A stretch of DNA of 64,000 bases from Prochlorococcus sp. AG-463-F15 (GCA_003211755.1 QCRS01000001.1:6329-70328), one strand, 5' to 3'. Shown: positions 41,318-52,052, numbered from the stretch's first letter. Numbers and translations are program-made. Notes: generated by a model from the letters alone, not told the origin.

Positions 41318-41578
41318 ATGTCCAAGAATCTCATATATGTCAGCAATAAAGGGGGAACAATTAATTTGTTTCGTGATCAAGGACGATTTCTATATTTCGT
41401 CTGTGCCGAAAAACTTTGTTTGTATTGTGACGACCTGCCGACAGCAAAAATCCAGTTAGATAGAATTGAAAAGCGTAAATCCTTATCGAACCATAGGATT
41501 CTTCCTTTTACAAATAGATGTGGGCAAGCTCTAAGGGATCTTATTGAAGAAGCAGCTGCCCCATATTTAGATTATTAA
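41318..41578 (+). CDS. Hypothetical protein
   Basis: ATG 4 nt after the upstream stop; contains YFVCAEKLCLYCDDL. Confidence 0.6.
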   Translation: MSKNLIYVSNKGGTINLFRDQGRFLYFVCAEKLCLYCDDLPTAKIQLDRIEKRKSLSNHRILPFTNRCGQALRDLIEEAAAPYLDY

Positions 41579-41950
41579 AATAAATATAAATTTTATCCCT
41601 AAACTAAGATTAATGAATTCTTAGCTTAAGGCTAGTTTTGGTTCTAATTCAAGTATTTTAAAATTAACTTCTCACTATTAGTATCCCTTGATATCCTTTT
41701 GGTATTGAATCTATAATTGCTGATTGTCTTAGCCTACGATTTTATTGAAAATAATACCAGTAGTTATTTGTTCTCAAATCTAAAACAAATAAATAATATA
41801 ATAACCAATATTAAAGCTATCAGGTTGTTACTTAACAGTAGAATGCAAAGGTTCTTTGCTTTCTAGGTTGCTAAGCTCAGAAATCTTTAGCATTAGACCA
41901 AATTTACTTTACGCATGTTTTTCTAGTAATGTCATTTACTATAGGTTTTA

Positions 41951-42139
41951 ATGGTTACATCTTTTCTAATAACCAAAATGAGTATTGACTCCTTTTTCCT
42001 ATTCTTATTAGTCGTAGCTGCCTATATGCACCTTTATCTTACGTTTATCAATCGAGGTAGTAGTCGAGGCGTTGATCAATTAATTGCTGCTAGTAGAAAA
42101 TGGGATGATGTTGTTAACGAACTAAGAAGAAGGTCTTAG
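41951..42139 (+). CDS. Small single-TM hypothetical protein
   Basis: Hydrophobic helix followed by a charged tail. Confidence 0.5.
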   Translation: MVTSFLITKMSIDSFFLFLLVVAAYMHLYLTFINRGSSRGVDQLIAASRKWDDVVNELRRRS

Positions 42140-42450
42140 TTCGTTTAGGTGTATTCTAATCTGTCATTAATGCTCAGGAATGATGCTTCTAATGGTTTGC
42201 AAGCATTGTTTATTGGGATGAGAAATACAGCAAGAGGTTTTCTACTAGAATTTTGATAACTTGTGGTCAATTAAAGTTTCGTATTAACTAAGAATTTTCT
42301 GAAAAATAATTTCTAAAGCTCATTAGATTGTATTTAAAGCTTTGATTAGTTCCCAGAGCAATCCTTTTCTGATAATCCTAAAGGCATTATTATGAAAAGG
42401 ATTGCAACGCTAATCAATAGCTATTACATAGGGATAATCAACTCAGTCCT

Positions 42451-42636
42451 ATGGCCGTCCTTTCTTGGCCCATGCGTGGACCAATCTTTTCCAAAAAGTC
42501 ATCTTTGAAACTCAAGCCTTCAAAGAATCATTTGGTTGATACAGACGACTCCGGAGCTACCACTATCAATCATTCCTCAAATTCAAATCAACGATTTTTT
42601 GCAGCATTAAGGGAAGGTGGTATCTGGCTCTCTTAA
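42451..42636 (+). CDS. Small hypothetical protein
   Basis: 61-aa ATG ORF followed by a GACCT...AGGTC hairpin with a T-run. Confidence 0.45.
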   Translation: MAVLSWPMRGPIFSKKSSLKLKPSKNHLVDTDDSGATTINHSSNSNQRFFAALREGGIWLS

Positions 42637-42935
42637 TTGATTAGTCAAAAACGACCTTTTTTGCTACAGGAACAGGTCTTTTCGGCATATCCCCTTCGAC
42701 TGATCAACTTATAGTCCTCAATCTACCGGCAATTCTTGTAGGGATTACTTTTATGCACCTCAGAAGATAATCAAATTGGGGGGCGTAGTGATTGCTGTTG
42801 TGACGACAACCTGTGCAATATGGTGTACACATCATTGAGATGTAATTGGAAGGCTCCTTTGTTCCCTTTGTTTTCTACTTATTTGGTATTTAAGCTCTAA
42901 CGGATACGTTTATCTGAAAATTTCATTTATGAATG

Positions 42936-45900
42936 CTATGTCACGATAGTGCGTGCTTTTGGATTGATTAATTTTCCATAACCACCTCCACCGGGTGTGG
43001 CAATAAGAACCGCTTCACCAGGCCTAACGTCAAAACTCTCGCATCCTTTGAGACTTTTTTTCTTCCCATCGATTAGCTCTAGTTGATTGAAACCAGGGGC
43101 ACCTGCCATCCCACCACCTAGACCAAATGGAGCAATTTTTCTGGAACCTGAAAGTATTGAAACAGTCATAGGTGCTAGGAAACGAAACTTTCTGAAAAGT
43201 CCATCACCTCCAGTCCATTCCCCTTGCCCTCCGCTTCCTTTTCTGATAGCAAAAAGTTCAAGCTGAACTGGATAACGTTGTTCAATGATCTCTGGATCGG
43301 TTATTCGTGAATTAGTCATATGAGTTTGGACACCATCTGCTCCATTAAATCCATTACCAGCACCACTACCTCCAGCTACTGTCTCGTAGTATTGCCTCTT
43401 ATTGTCTCCGAAGGTGAGGTTGTTCATAGTGCCTTGGCTGGCTGATAAAACACCTAACGCTCCGAAAAGTAAATTACATAGCGCTTGAGAAGTCTCCACA
43501 TTTCCGGCTACTACAGCTGCTGGAGGAATTGGGTTTAGTAAGCACCCCTTAGGCACAATCAATTCTAGTGGTTCGAAACAACCTGCATTTAGAGGAATAT
43601 CGTCTTCCAATAAACAGCGGAAGACATAAAGTACAGCGGCTTTAGTTACAGCTAGAGGTGCTTGAAAGTTTCCTTCCCCTTGAGGTGAAGTTCTGCTGAA
43701 ATCTAATTTTGCTTTGCAGTTGATCTTGTCAATTGTTATTTCTACAAAAAGCCTTGCGCCGTTGTCTAGCTCAACAGAAAAGTAACTATCTTCAAGCTTC
43801 TTAATTAGATTTTGCATTGCAATCGCAGCATTGCGGTGAAGGTATTGCATATACAGACTCACTTCTTCATGACCCACATCAGCAACTAGCTTCTCTAGCT
43901 CACTTACACCTAGCTCATTGGCTGCGACTTGAGCATTTAGATCAGCAATTAACTCGGATGGATTGCGTGGTGGAAAATTGTCTTGATGCAGGCGAGTTTC
44001 CCAATCGACACGATCATGCGTGCCATTGATTGCAAACGTCTCATTACGAAGTAGCAAACCTTCATCATTGATTGTTCTACTGAAGGGTGGCATTGACCCT
44101 GGAGTTACCCCTCCTACATCGGCATGATGTGCACGGCAAGCTACGAAATAACGAGGAGTTTTAGCATCTGAAAAAACAGGTGTAATTGCAGTTATGTCTG
44201 GGAGATGTGTACCGCCATGATATGGATCATTACTAAGCACCGTCTCTTTTGGCTGCAGAGGATTACGTTGGCCAGCAACTATTTGATCTAATAAGTCACC
44301 TATGGATTCACCCATCGCTCCCAGATGAACTGGTATGTGTGGTGCATTTGCAACTAATTCTCCTCGATGATTAAAGATTGCACAGGAAAAATCAAGTCGT
44401 TCGCGAATATTGACTGAACGACTTGTCTGCCTTAGCCTTTCACCCATTTTCTCCGCGATTCCACTAAATCGATGATGAAAGAGTTCAAGCAATACAGGAT
44501 CAGGCTGTTTGCTATTGATATCGTATATTCCATCAATAGTGATTTGGTTGTTATTTTGATCTTGTATTAGAAGACTCCCCTCATGTTGAATTGTGGCGAT
44601 CCATCCAGGTTCTAAGACTATAGAATTAGTAGATTCCATTATTAGAGCTGGACCTTCAAGGGCACAACGCGAAGATATCTGCTCTCGTTGATAGCAAGGG
44701 ACTTTCCTCCAGCCAATGTCAGGGAAATGCACATTTGTAAAAGTGGGAGGAGAAACCTCTAAGGCTTCTTTATGACTTGTTAGCTTGTTCTTCGTAGAAT
44801 TTGCAATTGAAACTTCTACTTCTAGTCGCTCTACAAATAATGTCTCATTTCTGGGAGGGATATAACCAAACCGTTCGCTATGCTTAGATTCAAACTTTTC
44901 TGTTAAACTCTTTGTATCATCTTGTAAGTCCAATTTGACCATCAATCCCTGATCCTTGGACTTATAACGAATCTCTACTCTTGCTATAGTTGTTGATATT
45001 GGGCGGTTCCCTGTTTTGTTGGAATCAAAATTTTCTAGTAGTAAACTTTTCGCATTTGATTCTCCTATTAAAATTTTTTTTTGAATCTTTTCTAATAACA
45101 TTTGACTAAGTGACTCTCGTATATTTGTAGCTTTCAGTTGAGTTTGTTGAGCAATTCCAATGCCATATGCGGAAAGTACACCTGCTAATGGATGAATCAA
45201 TATTCGTTTCATACCAAGGTGAGTAGCTAATCGACATGCATGTTGTCCGCCTGCTCCGCCGAAGGCTACAAGAACTCCTTTTCGGATGTCATGTCCACAT
45301 AAAATAGAAACCTTCTTAATTGCATTTGCCATATGTGCAATAGCAATAGTTATTGCACCTTCCGCTATTTTTTCTGGAGTACTGCTAAAAGTTTTAGCAA
45401 TAGTCTCAAAGCTTGTTTTTACTATGCTTTTATCAAGAGTCTGATTGGCGGAAGGACCAAATACAGCTGGAAATGTTTCTAATTGGATGCGACCTAGTAA
45501 AAGATTGGCATCGGTAATTGTTAAAGGTCCTCCTTGTCGATAACAAGCTGGTCCGGGGTTGGCACCTGCTGAACGTGGACCAACTCTTAAGCGCTGTCCA
45601 TGCGTATAGATGATGGAGCCACCTCCAGCTGCAACAGTATGAATTGGTAACCTTTGTGCCATTATTTTTTGGCCAGCCACTTCTGTTTCAGATAGACGCT
45701 GCCAATCGTCTCTTTGATCAGCAGCCACATAAAAAACATCAGTAGATGTCCCCCCCATATCGAAGCCAATTAGTGGTTGTTTACTTAGACCTAAAGTATT
45801 GGCTACTGCGACAGCACCAACCATCCCTCCTGCTGGACCAGAGAGAATAGTGTCTTTAGCAAGTAAATGCTTTGGTGATATTAATCCACCACTAGAACTC

Positions 45901-46613
45901 ATGATATGGAATTGAGTAGACGTTCCTAATACATTGGTTACTTGGTGTAGATAATCAAACAATACTGGTGCAACAGTTGCTTCTACTAATGTAGTTTGAC
46001 CTCTAGAGACAAGACGAGGGAGTGGTGAAACCTGGTGTGAACAAATTACGGTACGAAAGCCTAAATGCATCAACCATTCCTTTATATACAGTTCATGCTG
46101 AGGATTTTTATATGAATTAAGAAGAGCAACCGCAAATGACACGTTACTATTCTTGCAAAGTTCAAGGGTTTCTCTTTCTAGCTTTTTATCGACAACTAGT
46201 ACCTCTACCTCGACTCCTTCTGCATTAATTCGACCTGGAATTTCAATAACAGCATCCGCAATAAATTGTGGCTGTTCGATGTCTAGTGAAAATAAATTAG
46301 ATCGATGTTGGTCCCCGATTCGGAGCAAATCTCCTAGGCCTCGATTACAGAAAAGTACAACAGGACTCCCAGTACCTTCTAATAAAGTATTTGTGGCAAC
46401 AGTAGTTCCTAAGCGAACTTCATTGATGATTCCATTTGGGATGACATCTTTTTCCTTAAGGTTAAGGATCTCCCGAATAGCCTTAACGGCAGGGTCGCCA
46501 AGGCTATTTGTTTGCTCAGAAAGCACTTTTCGGACTATTGGCTCGCCACACGGACTGATACCTACTAAATCAGTGAAAGTCCCTCCACGATCAATCCAGA
46601 ATTGCCATCCCAT
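42936..46613 (-). CDS. oplA: ATP-dependent 5-oxoprolinase (fused hydantoinase A/B domains)
   Basis: Motifs IDRGGTFTD, GTTVATN, SGPAGG, DMGGTSTDV, NIRERLDFSCA, HIPVHLG, GGTHLPD and TPGGGGYG. Confidence 0.92.
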   Translation of the reverse strand: MGWQFWIDRGGTFTDLVGISPCGEPIVRKVLSEQTNSLGDPAVKAIREILNLKEKDVIPNGIINEVRLGTTVATNTLLEGTGSPVVLFCNRGLGDLLRIGDQHRSNLFSLDIEQPQFIADAVIEIPGRINAEGVEVEVLVVDKKLERETLELCKNSNVSFAVALLNSYKNPQHELYIKEWLMHLGFRTVICSHQVSPLPRLVSRGQTTLVEATVAPVLFDYLHQVTNVLGTSTQFHIMSSSGGLISPKHLLAKDTILSGPAGGMVGAVAVANTLGLSKQPLIGFDMGGTSTDVFYVAADQRDDWQRLSETEVAGQKIMAQRLPIHTVAAGGGSIIYTHGQRLRVGPRSAGANPGPACYRQGGPLTITDANLLLGRIQLETFPAVFGPSANQTLDKSIVKTSFETIAKTFSSTPEKIAEGAITIAIAHMANAIKKVSILCGHDIRKGVLVAFGGAGGQHACRLATHLGMKRILIHPLAGVLSAYGIGIAQQTQLKATNIRESLSQMLLEKIQKKILIGESNAKSLLLENFDSNKTGNRPISTTIARVEIRYKSKDQGLMVKLDLQDDTKSLTEKFESKHSERFGYIPPRNETLFVERLEVEVSIANSTKNKLTSHKEALEVSPPTFTNVHFPDIGWRKVPCYQREQISSRCALEGPALIMESTNSIVLEPGWIATIQHEGSLLIQDQNNNQITIDGIYDINSKQPDPVLLELFHHRFSGIAEKMGERLRQTSRSVNIRERLDFSCAIFNHRGELVANAPHIPVHLGAMGESIGDLLDQIVAGQRNPLQPKETVLSNDPYHGGTHLPDITAITPVFSDAKTPRYFVACRAHHADVGGVTPGSMPPFSRTINDEGLLLRNETFAINGTHDRVDWETRLHQDNFPPRNPSELIADLNAQVAANELGVSELEKLVADVGHEEVSLYMQYLHRNAAIAMQNLIKKLEDSYFSVELDNGARLFVEITIDKINCKAKLDFSRTSPQGEGNFQAPLAVTKAAVLYVFRCLLEDDIPLNAGCFEPLELIVPKGCLLNPIPPAAVVAGNVETSQALCNLLFGALGVLSASQGTMNNLTFGDNKRQYYETVAGGSGAGNGFNGADGVQTHMTNSRITDPEIIEQRYPVQLELFAIRKGSGGQGEWTGGDGLFRKFRFLAPMTVSILSGSRKIAPFGLGGGMAGAPGFNQLELIDGKKKSLKGCESFDVRPGEAVLIATPGGGGYGKLINPKARTIVT

Positions 46614-46817
46614 TAACTTTATTGAGGTTGATGTCAGCTAAAAGCAATTAAGCACAGTGCTAATTGACTCCTATTTATTTTACTCTACAAATTAATTCTG
46701 CAAATAAATTTGGCAATTAGAAAAAATTACTTTGTCTCAATCTTCACTAGCTACTCTGCAAATATAATTAATTTAGAGTCGCTAACTTTAATGAAGTTAA
46801 TAAATAATTATGGCAAT

Positions 46818-46848
46818 AGCAAGTAGTAAGATGATCTTACTACTTGCT
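46818..46848. repeat. 31-bp palindrome (15-bp arms, 1-nt centre)
   Basis: AGCAAGTAGTAAGAT-G-ATCTTACTACTTGCT. Confidence 0.85.
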
Positions 46849-47020
46849 TGAAAGATAATAGTTGATGAGGTTAATTGGAGAGTTGATTTCTATTGCAAAA
46901 AAAATGCACAGGTATTAGGAATAAATTGATTAATAAGATTGATTTGGATATCTGATGTTTTAATTGCTTTTTTGTTGATTTAATGTTGTTATTAAACCTT
47001 TTTCAATAGGTGTAATAGCT

Positions 47021-47069
47021 GAGTAAGAAATACTGGGGAACAAATACTGACGTGTAAAGACTCATTTAC
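47021..47069 (+). promoter_or_regulatory. Three 14-bp-periodic direct repeats ending in GTAAA-N6-TTTAC
   Basis: gagtaagAAAtACt / ggggaacAAAtACt / gacgtgtAAAgACt, then catttac; same layout as 30034-30110. Confidence 0.65.
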
Positions 47070-47191
47070 GGTTGTTCAATATCATTGCTAGAAGTTAGAT
47101 AGATCTATTTTAGTTTTTTATGAAAAGAGACCTAAAGAGTTAAAAGAACATCTTTGTATCAAGTTTCTTCAAAAATTGGATTACTAACAAG

Positions 47192-47431
47192 ATGACCAAA
47201 ATTCTTCTTGATGAAAGGAGGGACCATCCATTTTTCCCTTCGATGAGTTGTTCAGTAAGAGCTGATGATTATGATTTGTGCCTTTCAGAAGTTAAGAGAA
47301 AGATTGGAGAACTTCAATACAGACGACAAAGATTGGAAGGTGAATTAAGTGCTATTAATATCGCTCTACTTGCTTTGGATGAAAAGTTGGCGCTGGATCC
47401 AACTTATGAGCAGTTATCTATGTGTAAATGA
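47192..47431 (+). CDS. Small coiled-coil protein, paralog of 30230-30490
   Basis: EVKRKIGELQYRRQRLEGELSAINIALLALDEKL...YEQLS. Confidence 0.75.
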   Translation: MTKILLDERRDHPFFPSMSCSVRADDYDLCLSEVKRKIGELQYRRQRLEGELSAINIALLALDEKLALDPTYEQLSMCK

Positions 47432-47732
47432 ATTATTTATATTAAAGTCAACTTCTGATGATCTTAGACGCACATAATCAAGAGACATAGAATTAAAAAT
47501 GCTTATCCAAAACTTCGCCTTCTGGGACTTAATAGAGCGTTTATTAGATATTAATTCTAAGGATAGTTTTGATCTGGAAGAGCTCTTTAAAGAATCAGTG
47601 TCATCTCCAATTATTATTTTCTATGAATATTTTACGAGTAAAGGTTGAGAAAACATTCTTAGCTTCTTAACTATAGAAAGCCCAATACGTTAATAGCTAT
47701 ATCGTATTAACTAAATTATGTTATTAAGTCAA

Positions 47733-48284
47733 TTATCGGCCTGGCATTGCCGGCTTATATGTTTCACCTTGAGAAGCACATTCTAGGCTGTCTTTTGTTG
47801 CGATTCCAGTTATTGGGTTCACTCCTTCAGCTATTTTGCAAAGATTCTTCTGATCATCACTATCGAGAACTGCATAGGTGAAATCTGCACCTTCAATTCT
47901 TGCACCCGCAAAACTACTACCTGCTGCAATCATGTTGGTTAGTATTGCATTGCGAAGGTCTGTTTTCTGAAAGTTGACCCTGTCAGAGAGAGTATCCGCA
48001 AGGTTAATACCCTGAAGGTTGGACCCCTTCAAGTCTGAAAGAGTTAATACTGTGCCGTGAAGATCAACACCACTGAAATTTGCGTCTCTAGCAACTGAAC
48101 CAGCAATAGAAGACCTGGACAGATCCTGATCATGAAAGTCAAATCCAGTAATGTCTGATCTGACGTAGTTGGGAACCTCCTCCCCTACTTCAAGTTTTGC
48201 TAGAGCTGGCGCACTGATTAGAAGGCAAAGCATGATCCCAAGGAATATGCCTTGCAAATGTCTCTTAAATGAATATTCCGACAT
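47733..48284 (-). CDS. Pentapeptide repeat protein (exported or lumenal)
   Basis: Signal peptide, A(D/N)LXX-type repeats and C-terminal LC...GVNPITG...SLEC. Confidence 0.9.
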   Translation of the reverse strand: MSEYSFKRHLQGIFLGIMLCLLISAPALAKLEVGEEVPNYVRSDITGFDFHDQDLSRSSIAGSVARDANFSGVDLHGTVLTLSDLKGSNLQGINLADTLSDRVNFQKTDLRNAILTNMIAAGSSFAGARIEGADFTYAVLDSDDQKNLCKIAEGVNPITGIATKDSLECASQGETYKPAMPGR

Positions 48285-48641
48285 GGGCTGATCTAAAGAG
48301 CTTCATTTTGCCTTAATTATCTATCCTTATAAAAGCTCAGTAAACAATAGATAAAACCTTTTACCAATATTTGAGAAGAATAGGAAATGGATCCCTTGGC
48401 TTTATCAGGCTGGGTGCATTTGGAATAAGGCTTTTAACTTGAAGGGAGAAGTCCATGCTTAATAAGCATTCTTGATCGGTCTCTTTTAAAATCCTTGAGC
48501 GGCTTCACTGAAACCATTCCTGTGACTAGGGCCTAGTTGCAAAATGCCTCTAAGCGTTGAGTTATAAAACTCGCTTCATGATTGTTGCTTGACCAGTCAT
48601 CCCTAGTTACGTAGGATCGTCAAGCTCCCTCCACTGATCCA

Positions 48642-48767
48642 GTGATTGACTTCCGACTACTAATAGTTCTTACCCCGATAATTGCTTCTGTAGCTTGGAC
48701 TGCTTTTTGGCTAACAAGATGGGGTATTTTTACTTGGGACATCCCAGCCCTCTTAAAAGGGGATTGA
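48642..48767 (+). CDS. PsbY-like membrane microprotein (41 aa, not in the ORF track)
   Basis: Hand translation from GTG: [41 protein letters not shown]; D-x-R-L-L-I-V-L-x-P...W matches the PsbY N-terminal pattern. Confidence 0.6.
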   Translation: MIDFRLLIVLTPIIASVAWTAFWLTRWGIFTWDIPALLKGD

Positions 48768-49539
48768 TAGTTGTCTGATTTATCAGTGACTTCAACCTAA
48801 GTCAGTACACCACTTAAAAGTCCAATAAAGGGTCTAGTCTTCCATTGATTTTCAATGGATATATTTTCAATAAAAAAAATATCTACCCATAGAATCTTAT
48901 GGATTAAATTAATTATCCATGTTTTAGTTTAAATTCTTTGCGTAGAATTATATTCTTACCAGTTATTTTTACTAGAGGTAACCCATATAGAAAAATATTA
49001 TTAGTTTTCAGTATTTGACTGCAGCAGTTGATATATTCAAAGTAATTGATTTAATTTATGTCCAGGTAATAATTCAATTTGCTGGGCCTATATCTTAAGA
49101 ATTTATGCATGATTTTTTTTGGAAAGCGTGTTTTGTTAATACCAAGAGAAAACTGCCCTTAGTTAAAAAGCACCTATAATTGCTGGGGCGAATTTCCAGG
49201 CCAATGCGAATTGTCTAAATGGAAATCCAAAAAAGGTAGAAATCACTTCTATAGCAATACGCCCAGCAAACACGGTAGTTTTACCTAATGGCCTTTAAAG
49301 ATATTGCATTTGCAGCCTAACCGTGAGTTTGATCTGATTCCTATGATTTCTTGCCTAAGGATTCTAGATACTTGGAGGTGTAGGGTCTGACATCATTCTT
49401 TCCTCTTGGTGTAAGAGGCTATTGCTCGGCGTACTTCATTTGATTTGTGAATGAGGTGCTGCAAAGAGTCACTTCCGACACATCTAACTTATTCTGTATT
49501 TGCTAATAATGTCCACAAAGACAATCCCTTTTAAGTCAT

Positions 49540-49791
49540 ATGTCAAAAAAACAATTGTTCGGAATTTGTTATGTGTCAGTCTGGGTGGTTATTTGGGGAA
49601 CCATTGGTTCCCTAGTTGACCTGCCTTTCCTTAATGCTGATATATATATGCCTGGATCAATAGGACAAGCAACTACTTTTGCTCTTGCAGCCATTGTTTC
49701 ATTGGCTGTCGGAATATGGGTATATCCTAAAGTCTTGAACTTTGGGTTCCTGGTTGCTGCTTTAGGTTTGGATACAGATAAAAGTGATTAA
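49540..49791 (+). CDS. Small two-TM hypothetical protein
   Basis: YVSVWVVIWGTIGSLVD...SIGQATTF. Confidence 0.7.
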   Translation: MSKKQLFGICYVSVWVVIWGTIGSLVDLPFLNADIYMPGSIGQATTFALAAIVSLAVGIWVYPKVLNFGFLVAALGLDTDKSD

Positions 49792-50071
49792 GAAGAACTT
49801 TTTCACAGATTTCAGTTGTATCAGTAAAGTATTTGTACTCCTTATTACAGATATACCCTTGATATGGCTTGTATAGCAGATAGGCTTTATTGAGTGATTT
49901 CTGATAATGATTTAAATAGAAAATAACAACCTATTCTTATCTTGGAAAGATTTATAGCTTTAGATGATGAGTGCATTTGCTGTAAGTTTTATATTAGTTT
50001 CTGTCAATTTTAAAGTACTATTGAATTAAGTTAAAACTTTCAACTTAATTGTTCTAACTTTTTATTAAGGG

Positions 50072-50464
50072 CTAATAGAATTGATTGAAAATCGGATCTA
50101 TCCCTAATTTTATTATGAGAGTTGTTAGAGTAATCCACATAATGGAAAAAGTCATTATAAGAACGACTCCACTGAAAAAAGGCTTCAAATGATTCTTGCT
50201 ATAACCTCTTTCTAACTTGTTCTTGCATTCAAGATATTGAGTTTTAGTTAGTCGAAAATAATTTGATTGAGGCAGCCTCTCCAGTGCATAGGTTTCTTGG
50301 AGTATTTTGAGAATTGACTTTGCATCTTCTGATTGGTGAGATGCTTCGATTTTTCCTGGTGCTAGTTTTTTTTTAGTTTGGGATAGGTCCTCAGTGCAAC
50401 CTATGTTGTAAAGATCACCATTACGTATAAGGTAGATATATTCAGGCATTAGATATTGAGTCAT
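50072..50464 (-). CDS. GIY-YIG-like domain protein with C-terminal TM helix
   Basis: YIYLIRNGDLYNIGCT...RLPQSNYFRL; hydrophobic C-terminus. Confidence 0.7.
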   Translation of the reverse strand: MTQYLMPEYIYLIRNGDLYNIGCTEDLSQTKKKLAPGKIEASHQSEDAKSILKILQETYALERLPQSNYFRLTKTQYLECKNKLERGYSKNHLKPFFSGVVLIMTFSIMWITLTTLIIKLGIDPIFNQFY

Positions 50465-50525
50465 CCCTTCTAATACTCAAGATATTAAACCAGTGAAGAA
50501 GGCACATGTCAGCTTCTAATAGAAA

Positions 50526-50557
50526 TGTAGAGAATTCATGGCCATGAATTCTCTACA
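50526..50557. repeat. Perfect 32-bp palindrome with no spacer
   Basis: TGTAGAGAATTCATGG|CCATGAATTCTCTACA. Confidence 0.9.
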
Positions 50558-50727
50558 CCTTATCTTTATAATATTTGTAATTGAGAATATTAATTTATCT
50601 TCTTTCTAGAAACTTTACTATTTTCCAAAAGCGGATATTTTCATAGTCAATACAAACATCAGTAATAAATTCAGCTTTTAGCCTAACTAAGAGTCTAGAG
50701 TATACAAATAAATATAGACTGATAAGG

Positions 50728-51789
50728 GTGGTTTTTACTCTGTTCAACGGAAGCTATATAGGAAAAAGAAATACTGGTATTGGTGTTGTAGCTAAAAGTT
50801 TAATATCATCACTTCCAACTGATCTTGTCGGTTTACTAGACCCTTTAGCAAGTGGAAGATATGGAAGTATAAAAATTCCATCAGATCTTTCTCCCGATAA
50901 TGGTTTCAAAGGGCATATCAAGAGACTTTATTGGATCGAAAAATATTTACCAAAACTGATAAGAGATACAGGAGCAGAGATTCTTCTTTCCCCATTGCCA
51001 GAAGCTCCTTTGTTCTCGCCTGTGAGATCAATAGTGCTTGCACATGATTTATTACCACTTAGGTACCCGGACTCTAAGGCTCTTCTGGCTTACTATTCTT
51101 TTTATGTTCCTAAAGTTCTAGATAAAGCAGAGTTGGTCTTATGTAATTCAGAAGCGACCTCTAGAGAGTTAAACCAAACCCTAAAAGTTCCTGTTAGTAA
51201 ATTAGTAACAATAAAATTAGGATTTGATCAGGCTATCTTCTATCCTCAAAATCTATTAAGAGAAAACTTCTTTCTTGTTCTAGGAAGACATAACCCCCAT
51301 AAAAACTTAGAAAGAGTTTTAAAGGCCTTTTCTTCATTAAGACTCAAAAATTATAAAATAATATTTGTTGGCCCCTTCGATCCAAGGTTTACTCCTAAAC
51401 TTCAGAAAATCGCAAAAGAGTATGACTTATTAGATAAATGTATATGGAAAGATTGGGTCAGTGACTATGAAAGAATACTGCTTCTTAATAAATGTAAGGC
51501 ATTGGTTATTGCGAGCCTTTGGGAAGGTTTTGGATTGCCAGCACTTGAGGCTATGGCATGCGGTACTCATGTTATTGCTTCAAATAAAGGAGCCTTGCCC
51601 GAAGTAGTTGGAGATGTAGGAGTTTTAGTTGATCCTTTCAGCGAAGATTCAATTCGGGACGCAATGTTAGAAATTACTAAAAATTCTAAATTAGAACATA
51701 AGGCACAAGTAGATGGGCCTAAACGTGCTTCAATCTTTAATTGGCAAAATACAGCAAAACAAATAGAAAATATTCTTTGCAGTATCTGA
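50728..51789 (+). CDS. Glycosyltransferase family 4 (group 1)
   Basis: Motifs HDLLPL, PHKN and SLWEGFGLPALEAMACG. Confidence 0.92.
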   Translation: MVFTLFNGSYIGKRNTGIGVVAKSLISSLPTDLVGLLDPLASGRYGSIKIPSDLSPDNGFKGHIKRLYWIEKYLPKLIRDTGAEILLSPLPEAPLFSPVRSIVLAHDLLPLRYPDSKALLAYYSFYVPKVLDKAELVLCNSEATSRELNQTLKVPVSKLVTIKLGFDQAIFYPQNLLRENFFLVLGRHNPHKNLERVLKAFSSLRLKNYKIIFVGPFDPRFTPKLQKIAKEYDLLDKCIWKDWVSDYERILLLNKCKALVIASLWEGFGLPALEAMACGTHVIASNKGALPEVVGDVGVLVDPFSEDSIRDAMLEITKNSKLEHKAQVDGPKRASIFNWQNTAKQIENILCSI

Positions 51790-52052
51790 ACTCGAAGTTG
51801 ATAGGCATAGTTGATTAATTATTATTAATCTCACCTGCTTACAGTTAAGAATAGTTTTAAATACTTTTTCTTTTCAATATCCAGTGCCTCTATATATCCA
51901 CTTACTTTTGGAACTAAGTTATTTATAGTTTCCAAATTTAAAATCATTTCCTTTCAAAGATTAACAAAAAAAAAGTGCATCTGGAGTGCAGGTCTGTAAT
52001 GGTTCTCTACGCAATGGGCACGATGCGCTCTTAGTGTCTTAATATTTTCTTT

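Noticed and set aside
49163-49290. Minus-strand frame LGKTTVFAGRIAI... resembling a decayed hli gene
   Set aside because: It lacks the ExxNGRxAM motif and a convincing start; the similarity is too weak.
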